Below are positions 10,060 through 19,332 of a stretch of 64,000 nt of DNA, in pieces. Made by a program: the position numbers and the translations under genes. Position 1 is the first letter of the stretch, and each line of letters starts with the position of its first letter. The notes below the pieces were generated by a model. That model was given only the letters and a program-made list of their open reading frames with translations, did no database searches and had not been told where the DNA came from. The DNA comes from Acidobacteriota bacterium (GTDB taxonomy: Bacteria > Acidobacteriota > Vicinamibacteria > Vicinamibacterales > JAKQTR01). The stretch lies in the NCBI GenBank assembly GCA_040752275.1, contig JBFMFH010000057.1, forward strand, positions 3,895-67,894, read 5' to 3'.

Positions 10060-11833
10060 GTGCTCTCCCGCCGGCGCCTTCCTCGCGCCGGCCTGCGCCG
10101 GGCGGCCTCAGTGCCGCCACGGACTTCACGACCAGACTCCGGATCTCCCGGCCCGTCCCCAGGCGCATGGCCCGGGCCGCCACCCGCCTCATTTCCGCGA
10201 GACTCAGCCCCGCCACGATGGCCCGCGCCGGAGCGATGGAGCTGGGCGCCATGCTGAAGGTGGTGACCCCAAGACCCATCAGTATCGCCAGCGAGGCCGG
10301 GTCGCCTGCCATCTCGCCACACACGGACAGGGGTTTGCGGTGCCGCGCGGCAGCGCGGATGACCTGCCGGATCACTCGAAGGATGGCCGGGTGCAGAGGA
10401 TCGTAGAGATCGGCCACGCGCCCGTCCGAGCGATCCACTGCCAGGCAGTATTGGACGAGGTCGTTCGTCCCGATGCTGAAGAAGTCCGCGTCGCGCGCCA
10501 GCAGGTCGGCCGTCAGGGCGGCAGACGGCACTTCGATCATCACCCCGACGGGAATATCCGGAACCCGCCCCTCGCCCTCCGAGATCTCGGACTGGACCCC
10601 GCGCAGGGCGGAGCGGGCCGCCCGCAGTTCTTCCACCGACGAGATCAAGGGAAACAGAATCCGGATGGGCCCGTGCCGTGATGCCCGGACGAGGGCGCGG
10701 AGCTGTGTATCGAAGACGTCGCGGCGGTCGAGGCTGAGCCGGATCGCCCGAAGGCCAAGTGGCCCCCTGGACGTGCCGCCGACGGGATGGCGGTTTCCAG
10801 ACACCTGGAACTCGTCCACGTCAAACGTGCGGACCGTGACCGGCAGAGGGGCCATCCCCTCGACGAGGGCCCGGTAGACGCGGTACTGCCGGTCTTCGTC
10901 GAAGCTCCCCAGGCTCTCGAGACCGATGGCGAATTCTGAACGGAACAGGCCGATGCCTTCGGCCCCGGCCGCCCTGGCGCCGGGCACCTCGGCCGGTGTC
11001 TCGACGTTGGCCTCGAAGCGGATGACCTGGTTGTCGGCGGTGGTGACCGGGCCCACGTCCGAGGCCCGGACCGGGAGGGCCACCCGCCCCCGGTGGCGGG
11101 CAAGCACTCGTTCGTGCGCGTCCGGAGTGGGATCGAGGACGAACTCGCCGGCGTCGCCGTCGAGCACCGCCATCGCGCCGGGCCGGATGAGCGCCGTGGC
11201 CCGACGCAGGCCCGCCACGGCGGGGACGCGGCGCGACCGCACGATGATCGACGCGTGGTGGGTGCGACTGCCGCCGTCGATGGCCACGCCAAGGATGCGC
11301 GCGGGCTCGAGTTGTCCGGCAACCGACGGGGCGAGCTCGTCCACAACCAGAATCGACGGCACCTCGATACCGGCGAGGACCGACCAGGGGCTGGTGGTCG
11401 TCGGTCTCAGTGCCCGGGCCAGGCGGCCGACCACATCCGCCACGTCGCCGCGCCGCTCGCGAAGGTACGCATCGTCGGCCTGGTCGAAGACCGTGCTGAC
11501 TTCATCGAACGCCCGCTGCAGCGCCCACTCGGCGTTGAGACAATCGGTCTCCACGATTGCCTTTGCGCGAGGGACCAGGGGCTGATCGTCCAGCATCAGC
11601 AACTGCGCATCGAACAGTGAGGCCAATTCCGGCCCCGACGAGCGCGTGACGCGTTCGCGGACCTGTTCGAGCTGGCGGCGCGCCAGCCGCGCGGCCTCGT
11701 CCAGCCGCGCCGCTTCCCGTGCGACGTGACCCTGGGCCACCGTGTAGCGGATGGCGAAGGGGTTCTGCAGGAGCACGACCGCGGGCCCGGAGGCGACTCC
11801 CGGGGAGACCGGAATGCCGATGAGCTGGATCAC
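10046..11833 (-). CDS. ptsI: PEP-protein phosphotransferase (PTS Enzyme I)
   Basis: 595 aa with no GAF domain. Phospho-His region GGSRTHHASIIVRS and PEP-utilisers signature FFSIGTNDLVQY. Confidence 0.92.
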   Translation of the reverse strand: MIQLIGIPVSPGVASGPAVVLLQNPFAIRYTVAQGHVAREAARLDEAARLARRQLEQVRERVTRSSGPELASLFDAQLLMLDDQPLVPRAKAIVETDCLNAEWALQRAFDEVSTVFDQADDAYLRERRGDVADVVGRLARALRPTTTSPWSVLAGIEVPSILVVDELAPSVAGQLEPARILGVAIDGGSRTHHASIIVRSRRVPAVAGLRRATALIRPGAMAVLDGDAGEFVLDPTPDAHERVLARHRGRVALPVRASDVGPVTTADNQVIRFEANVETPAEVPGARAAGAEGIGLFRSEFAIGLESLGSFDEDRQYRVYRALVEGMAPLPVTVRTFDVDEFQVSGNRHPVGGTSRGPLGLRAIRLSLDRRDVFDTQLRALVRASRHGPIRILFPLISSVEELRAARSALRGVQSEISEGEGRVPDIPVGVMIEVPSAALTADLLARDADFFSIGTNDLVQYCLAVDRSDGRVADLYDPLHPAILRVIRQVIRAAARHRKPLSVCGEMAGDPASLAILMGLGVTTFSMAPSSIAPARAIVAGLSLAEMRRVAARAMRLGTGREIRSLVVKSVAALRPPGAGRREEGAGGRAHGES

Positions 11834-12099
11834 GGCGCCTCACCGAACCCCGTTTCGACGAGTCGGACCAATGCCTCGGCCGCAGCCTCCTCGTCGGGGC
11901 CCTCCGCGGTGATGGTGACCACCGACTGACACCGGGCCGCGAGGAGCAGGAGTCCGAGAATGCTCTTGCCGTCGACCGACCGGCCGTCGCGGTTCACCGT
12001 GACCCTGGCCTGGAAGCTCGTGGCCAGGTGGACGAACCGGGCCGCGGCTCGGGCGTGCATGCCGAGTGCGTTCGAGACCACCACCTGCCGCGTCATCAT
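11830..12099 (-). CDS. ptsH: Phosphocarrier protein HPr
   Basis: 89 aa; His-15 site GMHARAA and Ser-46 site GKSILGL are both present. Confidence 0.88.
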   Translation of the reverse strand: MMTRQVVVSNALGMHARAAARFVHLATSFQARVTVNRDGRSVDGKSILGLLLLAARCQSVVTITAEGPDEEAAAEALVRLVETGFGEAP

Positions 12100-12509
12100 A
12101 CGTTGCGGGGCTCACCTCTCAGCAGATCGGACGCGACGTGGATGGACGATCGGCCGGTCTCCCTGAGTTCGCGGGCCACGGCCAGCAGGTCGTCCGAGTT
12201 CCGCAGGCCGGCGAGCTTGATCAGCATCGGCAGGTTGACGCCGGTGACAATCTCCACGGCGCCGGGCTCGAGGAACGTCATGCCCAGGTTGCTGGGCGTT
12301 CCGCCGAACATATCGGTCAGGATTACCACGCCCTTGCCCTGCTGGCATCTCACGACCGCCTGGCGGATCTCCTCGCGGGCGTCCTCGACATCATCGTGCC
12401 ATCCAATCGAGACGGCGGCGAACCTGGGCAGGTCTCCAACGATGGCTTCGGCCGCGCTCAAGAGTTCCCGTGCCAGTTGCCCGTGTGTGACGACGACGAC
12501 GCCAATCAC
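12096..12509 (-). CDS. PTS EIIA component, mannose/fructose family
   Basis: MIGVVVVTHGQLA (active-site His) and TDMFGGTPSN motif. 137 aa. Confidence 0.85.
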   Translation of the reverse strand: MIGVVVVTHGQLARELLSAAEAIVGDLPRFAAVSIGWHDDVEDAREEIRQAVVRCQQGKGVVILTDMFGGTPSNLGMTFLEPGAVEIVTGVNLPMLIKLAGLRNSDDLLAVARELRETGRSSIHVASDLLRGEPRNV

Positions 12510-12536
12510 GACTGCTCCTTGCCCGACCCTGCCGGG

Positions 12537-13451
12537 TCACTCATCCGCGCCGGCGATGTCCCGGTGTCGCACGTGGACCCCGACATCCGGCAGCGCCTCC
12601 AGGACGGAACGAATCGCCTCGGCCACGTAGACGGACCGATGCCGCCCGCCGGTGCACCCGATGGCGACCGTCAGATAGGTCTTGCCTTCCGCAGCGTACT
12701 GCGGAACCAGGTACTGCAGCAATGCACCGAAGCGTCCGACGGCTTCGCCCGTGGCGCCGCGCGTCTCCATGAATCGCACGACGGCGTCATCCCGTCCGGT
12801 CAGCGGGCGGAGCCGGGGAACAAAATGAGGATTCGGGAGAAAGCGCACGTCAAAGACCAGGTCTGCTTCCGGGGGCAGGCCGTGCTTGAACCCGAAGCTG
12901 ACCAGCGTGATCTGGAGCGGGCGTGCGACCTTCGCTCCCGACGCGAGCCCGCGGAATACCGCCCGCAGGTCGTGCACCGTCAGCGTGCTGGTATCGACGA
13001 TCTCGTCGGCCATGGCCCGGATCGGGCGCATGCGGCGCGTCTCCTCGCGGATACCCTCGCGCACCGGGCGGTTCAGCGCGAGCGGATGGGGCCGGCGCGT
13101 CTCGCTGAACCGGCGCACCAGCACCGACTCCCGCGCCTCGAGGAACACGAGGACGGGACTGAGCCTCGAGCGTTTGAGCTTCCGAAACAGCTTGGGAAAG
13201 TCGGCGAGGAAGGAGCCTTCGCGGACGTCGACCACGATGGCGACCTTCTCGAGATCCGATCCGGCCCTGGTCGCCAGGAAACCGAGGGTCGGAATCAGCG
13301 CGGTCGGCAGGTTGTCGACACAGAAATAGCCGAGATCCTCGAGGGCGTGGATGGCCTGCGACTTCCCCGCACCAGATAGTCCGGTGACGATGACGAAGCG
13401 CCCGGGCACCGATGTCAAGCTGGCGGCGGTGGCTCTCTGGCGGGGCATCAC
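12537..13451 (-). CDS. rapZ: RNase adapter / P-loop NTPase RapZ (YhbJ)
   Basis: VIVTGLSGAGKSQAIHALEDLGYFCVDNLP and C-terminal CTGGRHRSV motif. Confidence 0.9.
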   Translation of the reverse strand: MMPRQRATAASLTSVPGRFVIVTGLSGAGKSQAIHALEDLGYFCVDNLPTALIPTLGFLATRAGSDLEKVAIVVDVREGSFLADFPKLFRKLKRSRLSPVLVFLEARESVLVRRFSETRRPHPLALNRPVREGIREETRRMRPIRAMADEIVDTSTLTVHDLRAVFRGLASGAKVARPLQITLVSFGFKHGLPPEADLVFDVRFLPNPHFVPRLRPLTGRDDAVVRFMETRGATGEAVGRFGALLQYLVPQYAAEGKTYLTVAIGCTGGRHRSVYVAEAIRSVLEALPDVGVHVRHRDIAGADE

Positions 13452-14449
13452 TCGTTCTCCGGATCGACGGGCCCGCCCGCCGGGTCGAGAGCTCCCGACT
13501 CAACGTCCCGAAGCTGACGTTCGAGGCGCGCGGCGAGATCCCGCGCGCCGTGATGCCCGCGCGACCGGAGGACCTGGTTTCGCGCCGCGACCTCGACGAG
13601 GTTGGCCACGTTCCGGCCGGGTGCGATCGGCATCCTGACGAGCGGTACTCGGATGCCGAGAATCTCGAAGTGCTCGGTGTCGAGGCCGAGGCGTTCGTAC
13701 TGCCGGCCGGCCTCCCAGCGTTCGAGCTGCACGACCAACTCGATCCGCTTCGAGGAGCGTGTCGACGACACGCCGAACAGGTCCTCGACGTTGATCACAC
13801 CGAGGCCCCGGATCTCCATATGGTAGCGGGTCAATTCCGGGCAGGTTCCGATCAGCACCGACTCCGCCCGGCGCCGGATCTCGATCGCGTCGTCGCCGAC
13901 GAGTCGGTGGCCGCGCATCACCAGGTCCAGGGCGCACTCGCTCTTGCCGATGCCGCTTTCGCCCACGATCAGCACGCCGAGGCCGAGCAGGTCCAGCAGC
14001 ACCGCGTGCAGCAGCGTCCGCTCGGCCAGGCGATCCTCGAGCACGCCGGTGACCTTCGCAATCGCGACCGGGGTCGGCAGATGCGTCCGGAGCAGCGGCA
14101 CTTGGGCCCGTTCCGCCTCCTCGGCGAACTCGGGATGCACGTGGAGTCCGTCGGTGACGAGCGCGCACGGCACCTCGCGGCGCAGCGTCCGCTGCAGCGC
14201 CACACGCCGCGCGCCGGGCGGGAGCTGTTCGAGATAGCCGACTTCGCTGGCGCCGAAGACCAGGATTCTCCCGGGCTGGAGGTAGGAATGGAAGCCCACG
14301 AGAGCCAGGCCGGTCTTCAACACGTAGGGGTTGAGAATGCGCCGATCGAGGCCGCCCCGGCCCGCCACGATTTCGAAGGCGAGGTTGAACGCCTCCGATC
14401 GCAGGTTGAGCAGCCAGCCGACGGTGACATGCGGCGGGGGTACGCTCAT
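13448..14449 (-). CDS. hprK: HPr kinase/phosphorylase
   Basis: Walker A GVLIVGESGIGKSECALDL and HprK C-terminal domain motifs. Confidence 0.92.
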   Translation of the reverse strand: MSVPPPHVTVGWLLNLRSEAFNLAFEIVAGRGGLDRRILNPYVLKTGLALVGFHSYLQPGRILVFGASEVGYLEQLPPGARRVALQRTLRREVPCALVTDGLHVHPEFAEEAERAQVPLLRTHLPTPVAIAKVTGVLEDRLAERTLLHAVLLDLLGLGVLIVGESGIGKSECALDLVMRGHRLVGDDAIEIRRRAESVLIGTCPELTRYHMEIRGLGVINVEDLFGVSSTRSSKRIELVVQLERWEAGRQYERLGLDTEHFEILGIRVPLVRMPIAPGRNVANLVEVAARNQVLRSRGHHGARDLAARLERQLRDVESGALDPAGGPVDPENE

Positions 14450-14470
14450 GATGGGTCGCGCCGCTTCGTC

Positions 14471-15004
14471 TCAGGCGTCGGGTTCGATGAGGCCGAGGTC
14501 TCCGTCCTTGCGCCGGTAGAGCACCCGCACCGCATCCGTCTCCGGGTGTCGGAACACCACGAAGGCGTCGGCGCGTTCGCCCACGGAGCGTGCGGCCTCC
14601 TCGACGCTCATCGGCCTGACCGCGTAGCGCCGGGCCCGCACGATGCGGGCCATCGGCGGCGGCGGTGACACCACGGCAGCCGGCACGCGCTTGACGGGCC
14701 GCGCCGCCCGCCTGCGCTGCAGCCACTTGCCCGTCATCCTCTCGGCTTGCGCGGCGATCTTGTCGACGGCGGCCGAGATGGCTTCCTCCCAGGACGTCGC
14801 GGCTGCCCGCCCATGGAGGATCTTGCCGCCCCTGGCGTGGACGTGGACGTCGGCCACGTGACGGAACTTCTCGAGCGACAACTCGATCTGGCCGGACACG
14901 ACCTTGGTGCCGATCAGCCGATCCAGCCGTACCACCTTGCGGTCGACGAGCCTCCTGAGGGCCGGGGACAGGTCGACGTGCCGGGTCGTCAACGCCAGTC
15001 TCAT
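14471..15004 (-). CDS. hpf: Ribosome hibernation promoting factor (long form)
   Basis: S30AE N-domain (MRLALTTRHVDLSPALR) plus a C-terminal extension (FVVFRHPETDAVRVLYRRKDGDLGLIE). Confidence 0.88.
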   Translation of the reverse strand: MRLALTTRHVDLSPALRRLVDRKVVRLDRLIGTKVVSGQIELSLEKFRHVADVHVHARGGKILHGRAAATSWEEAISAAVDKIAAQAERMTGKWLQRRRAARPVKRVPAAVVSPPPPMARIVRARRYAVRPMSVEEAARSVGERADAFVVFRHPETDAVRVLYRRKDGDLGLIEPDA

Positions 15005-15011
15005 GATGGCC

Positions 15012-16442
15012 TCAGTAGAGCATCTTGCGCTGGTTCGACGTGGGAATCCTCATTTCCTCGCGGTATTTCGCGATCGTTCGGCGGGCCAGCACGAGTCCTT
15101 CCTTCTGCAGGATGCTGACGATCTTCGAGTCGCTGAGCGGCCGGCGCGGATCCTCACCCTCGATGATCTTCCTGATGCGCTGCTTGATCGTGACCGAGGA
15201 CACGCTTTCGCCATACGAGCTGCTGATCCCGCTGTGGAAGAAGTACTTCATCTCGAAGACGCCCTGGGGCGTGTGCATGTACTTGTTCGTGACCACGCGG
15301 CTCACGGTCGATTCGTGCATGCCGATGTCGTTGGCGACGTCCCGCAGGACCAGCGGTCGCAGATGCTCGATGCCATTGTCCAGGAAGTCCCGCTGGAACT
15401 GGATGATACTCGTCGCGACCTTGTGGATCGTACGTTGCCGCTGCTCGACGGACTTGATCAGCCAGAGCGCCGACCGGAACTTGTCCTTCACATACGCGCG
15501 CGTCTCGTCGCTCTGCTGCGCGTTCTTGTCGAGCAAGCGCCGGTAGACCGGGCTCACGCGGAGCTGCGGCAGTCCCTCCTCGTTCAGCACGGCCACATAC
15601 TGGTCCTCGACCTTGACCACATACACGTCCGGGATCACATACGGCGATGCGGTTCGGTTGTAGCGGCTGCCCGGCTTGGGGTCCAGGTGGCGAATCAGCT
15701 CCACGTGCTCCCTGAGCTCATCCACCGTCGTCCCAAGCCGCTTTGCGATCTCGGGCACCTGGTGGTTCTGCAGCAGCCGCAGATGTTCGGTGACGATCCG
15801 TTCCGCCACCGACACGTCGTCCTCGACGCGCCGCAACTGCAGCAGCAGGCACTCCTGGAGGTCCCGGGCGGCCACGCCGATCGGGTCGAAGCCCTGCACG
15901 AGCGCGAGGGCCTGCTCGACCTCCGCGACGGACCAGTTCCCCATCGCCGCAATCTCGTCCACCGACGCCACCAGGTAGCCGTCATCGTCGAGATTGCCGA
16001 TGATCGCCTCCCCGACGGCGCGTATCGTCTCCGACGCTGTCTGGAGCGACAACTGCCACTTCAGATGGTCCGAGAGCGACGTCGTGGTGGACAGGGTGTT
16101 CTCGATGGGTGGCAGATCCCGCACCTCCTGCGGCGTGTGCGGGCGATAGCCGTCGTCGAGGTAGTCTCCGAAGAAGTACGCGTAGTCGCTGTCGTCCCAA
16201 TCCTCCGTTTTCGCCGCCGGCGCCTCGGGGCTCTCGCCTGGCTTGTCGGCGCTCACTCCATCGGCCGGCTGCAGCTCGTCGGTGACCGTCTCCTCCAGGA
16301 GGGGATTCTCCACAACCTCCTGATTCAGCAGGTCCGCCAGCTCGAGTGTCGACATCGGCAGCAGCTTGATGGCCTGCTGCAGCGACGGGGTCAGGATCAG
16401 CTTCTGAACGAGCTTCGTGTGGAGCTTCTGCTGAATAGCCAT
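15012..16442 (-). CDS. rpoN: RNA polymerase sigma-54
   Basis: ORF trimmed to MAIQQKLHTKLVQKLILTPSLQQAIKLL. RpoN box ARRTIAKYRE near the C-terminus. Confidence 0.93.
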   Translation of the reverse strand: MAIQQKLHTKLVQKLILTPSLQQAIKLLPMSTLELADLLNQEVVENPLLEETVTDELQPADGVSADKPGESPEAPAAKTEDWDDSDYAYFFGDYLDDGYRPHTPQEVRDLPPIENTLSTTTSLSDHLKWQLSLQTASETIRAVGEAIIGNLDDDGYLVASVDEIAAMGNWSVAEVEQALALVQGFDPIGVAARDLQECLLLQLRRVEDDVSVAERIVTEHLRLLQNHQVPEIAKRLGTTVDELREHVELIRHLDPKPGSRYNRTASPYVIPDVYVVKVEDQYVAVLNEEGLPQLRVSPVYRRLLDKNAQQSDETRAYVKDKFRSALWLIKSVEQRQRTIHKVATSIIQFQRDFLDNGIEHLRPLVLRDVANDIGMHESTVSRVVTNKYMHTPQGVFEMKYFFHSGISSSYGESVSSVTIKQRIRKIIEGEDPRRPLSDSKIVSILQKEGLVLARRTIAKYREEMRIPTSNQRKMLY

Positions 16443-16476
16443 GTCTACAACGGCGAGTGTAGTCGTTCGGGCTCCG

Positions 16477-17202
16477 TCAGTCCAGACGGAAATCGGCCCC
16501 CAGATAGATGCGCCGCACATCCCGGTCCGCCGCCAGCGACCCTGGGGTGCCGCTGCGGAAGATCATGCCGTCGTTCACGATGTACGCCCTGTCGGTGATC
16601 CGGAGCGTCTCCCGGACGTTGTGGTCGGTGACGAGGACGCCAATGCCGCGCTCCTTGAGGTGGAAGACGATCTTCTGGATCTCCGCCACCGCAATCGGGT
16701 CGATCCCCGCCAGCGGTTCGTCCAGCAGCATGAACTTCGGCCGCACGACCAGCGCCCGCGTGATTTCGACCCGCCGGCGCTCGCCCCCGGACAGGGTGTA
16801 GGCCGGGGCGTTCGCCAGCGGAGCGAGGTTCAGCTCCGACAGCAGTTCGTCGAGGCGCGCGCGCCGTTCGCGCCTCGACAGGCGGAGGGTCTCGAGAATC
16901 GCCGTGATGTTCTGGGCCACGGTCAGGCCCCTGAATATCGACGGCTCCTGCGGTAGATACCCGATCCCCTTGCGGGCACGGACGTACATCGGATCCGACG
17001 TGACGTCCTGGCCGTCGAGCAGCACCCGCCCCGAATCCGGAGCGGTGAGCCCGACAGCCATGTAGAACGTCGTGGTCTTCCCGGCACCGTTGGGGCCGAG
17101 CAGTCCGACGACCTCGCCCGACTGCACGTCGACGCTGACGCCCTTGACGACCGTGCGCCCGCCGTAGGACTTCGTGAGCTTGTCGGTTCGGAGTGTGGCC
17201 AT
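16477..17202 (-). CDS. lptB: LPS export ABC transporter ATPase LptB
   Basis: Walker [10 protein letters not shown], signature [11 protein letters not shown]. The ATG directly abuts the upstream stop (TGAATG). Confidence 0.93.
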   Translation of the reverse strand: MATLRTDKLTKSYGGRTVVKGVSVDVQSGEVVGLLGPNGAGKTTTFYMAVGLTAPDSGRVLLDGQDVTSDPMYVRARKGIGYLPQEPSIFRGLTVAQNITAILETLRLSRRERRARLDELLSELNLAPLANAPAYTLSGGERRRVEITRALVVRPKFMLLDEPLAGIDPIAVAEIQKIVFHLKERGIGVLVTDHNVRETLRITDRAYIVNDGMIFRSGTPGSLAADRDVRRIYLGADFRLD

Positions 17203-19332
17203 TCAGGTGGAGCGGCGCTCGCCGCACGGCGCGCCACCCGTCGTCTGGGTGCGGGCTTCCTGGTTGCCGTCGACGATGATCGTATCGGCCGCCTTGTAGA
17301 AAGTCAAAGAGCGGCCCGAGATGTCCCGGCATTGCGCGACGATCCGCACGGGTACGCCCTGCATCGCGTAGCGCCCGTCTGCGTCGATGTATGTCAACCG
17401 GTCGCCGCTCGCCTGCCGCTCGCCCACCTGCACCGTGACGGCCGTGTAGGCCTCGACGCGCACGAGTTGCGCGCCCGATTCGGAAAGGACGACCTCGATC
17501 CTCCCCGCCCGCAGGTCACCCTGCGGTCCCGACACGTGGGCGTTGCGCGTATAGGTGGCCTTGCGGGACGCTTCGTCGTAGGCGAGGCTGTCGGCGCTGG
17601 CAATCGTCGGCTGCCGCTCGCTCGCACCCCCCTGCTCATCGCGCCTCTCGAGCATCAGCGTCGACCGCACGCTCCCGCGCGCACTCAGATTGCCCGTGGC
17701 GTCGTCGATCGTCAATTCGTCGCCCTGAATCGCCGTGTCGCCCTGCCACAGCCGCGCGCCGCCGGCGTAGCTGGCTCGCCGCGTCGCCCCGTCGTACGAC
17801 AGCGTCTGGGCAGTTGCATAGACTGGCCGGTCCGCCTGGAGCATGGACGAACGCGTCGGCGTCGACGACGAGGCGTCACCCGACGAAGGGGCGGAGGTGG
17901 GCAGCAGCACGCTGCGGACCTTCTCGGTCGCGACGATCTTCCGGCCTTCCAGCGTCAGCAGGACCGTCCCTCCCTCGATCGCGGCCTGGCCGTCGGTCAC
18001 CCGCGGGACCCGACCCGACGCGTCGTCGACGCCGGCCAGCTCAACGACGCCTTCAATCACCCGGTACGTCGCCTGGGTCGACTGGGCACTGACGCGGTCC
18101 TCGTCGAAGGAGAATCCGCCGTCGAAGCGCGCTTCGCCAACCTCGCCGAAGCCCGGTGCCACAACCAGCGTCATCGACTCCGCGCCCGCAACCCGCGTGA
18201 CGGCGGAGCCCGGCGGCGTCTCACGGTATTCAACGCCACCGAGAAACGTGGCCGTACTCAGCCCTCCCCCGCCTTCGCCTGACGCCGCCAACGTGTCCGC
18301 GCGTACGGTCATTGCGCCCTGGCGCCCTTCGGCCGGCAGCTCGAGGCGCACATCCTCGCGGGCACTGAGCGAGGTGACCGTCACGCCGTCGTCGGCCAGG
18401 CGAAGCTCGATCCAGCGCGCCGCAATCCGTCTCGGCTCTGCGGCGGCGCCGGCCACGTCGATGGACGCCGTGCCGGAGAGCGTCGCCCCCCGCAAGGTGT
18501 GGCCATCCTCGGCGAACTCGACGCTCAGATCGTCGGCCTTCATGCCGCGCAGGGTCCCGGCGGCCTCGCCCAGACCGGTGACGCGCCCCGCCCGCTGCAT
18601 CTCGAGCACCTGCACTTTCGATTGGTCGTCGCTGAGATACGCGGTCGCCTGCTCGCTCTGAAGGGTGCGCCCCTGGTGGACGAGCGTGAATCCGCCTTCG
18701 AATCGCGCGTAGTGGTCAGGGCGCGCCAGCCCCGCACTGCCAGCGGAGATCTCAACCGGCGCGCCGTCGGGGCCGTCCGGCGCCAGGCTCAGCCTGGCCT
18801 GCTCGAGGAGCCAAAGCACATCCCTCTTCAGGTCGTAGGTCAGTCCGACCGACGAGCCGGTCATCGTGCCCGCCGAGAACGTCGTCGGGCCCGACGCGCG
18901 CACCACGCCCTCGGACTGCATCAGGGCTGCCTCGCGCGCACTCGCTTTCAGGCCGTCGTCCGAGGTCAGCTCGACGCCGCCCGAGAACTCGAGGTGGTCC
19001 TGATCGCCGCCAACACGGGCCTCCGCGCTGGTGACGCGGAACGCCCGTCCGGCCCGTTCGTCGACGAAGACCCGGGCACCCTGCAGTCGCTGGCGGCCGT
19101 CGGGATAGAGAAGGAGTCGATCGTACTCGACCCGGAAGTCCTGGTTCTCCCCCTTGAAGGTGCGGCTATCGCCACCGGTGATCTCGGCCGCCGCTCCGGG
19201 GTCGACCCGCCCCACGATCGAGGCGGGCGGGGCCGGCGCCCGGCCATGCCGGATCGCCACGTAGACGAGAACGGCGAACCCGACCCCGAACACGGCGATC
19301 GCGGCCCGAAGCCGCCGCTGCCACGCGGTCAC
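17203..19332 (-). CDS. Membrane-anchored LptC/LptA (OstA-like) multi-domain protein
   Basis: 709 aa with an N-terminal TM (AAIAVFGVGFAVLVYVAI). At least 6 OstA-type strand motifs (xxYDxxxxxxxxxGxV), e.g. LSYDGATRRASYAGGARLWQGDTAIQGDEL and RLTYIDADGRYAMQG. It occupies the lptC-lptA slot upstream of lptB. Confidence 0.7.
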   Translation of the reverse strand: MTAWQRRLRAAIAVFGVGFAVLVYVAIRHGRAPAPPASIVGRVDPGAAAEITGGDSRTFKGENQDFRVEYDRLLLYPDGRQRLQGARVFVDERAGRAFRVTSAEARVGGDQDHLEFSGGVELTSDDGLKASAREAALMQSEGVVRASGPTTFSAGTMTGSSVGLTYDLKRDVLWLLEQARLSLAPDGPDGAPVEISAGSAGLARPDHYARFEGGFTLVHQGRTLQSEQATAYLSDDQSKVQVLEMQRAGRVTGLGEAAGTLRGMKADDLSVEFAEDGHTLRGATLSGTASIDVAGAAAEPRRIAARWIELRLADDGVTVTSLSAREDVRLELPAEGRQGAMTVRADTLAASGEGGGGLSTATFLGGVEYRETPPGSAVTRVAGAESMTLVVAPGFGEVGEARFDGGFSFDEDRVSAQSTQATYRVIEGVVELAGVDDASGRVPRVTDGQAAIEGGTVLLTLEGRKIVATEKVRSVLLPTSAPSSGDASSSTPTRSSMLQADRPVYATAQTLSYDGATRRASYAGGARLWQGDTAIQGDELTIDDATGNLSARGSVRSTLMLERRDEQGGASERQPTIASADSLAYDEASRKATYTRNAHVSGPQGDLRAGRIEVVLSESGAQLVRVEAYTAVTVQVGERQASGDRLTYIDADGRYAMQGVPVRIVAQCRDISGRSLTFYKAADTIIVDGNQEARTQTTGGAPCGERRST

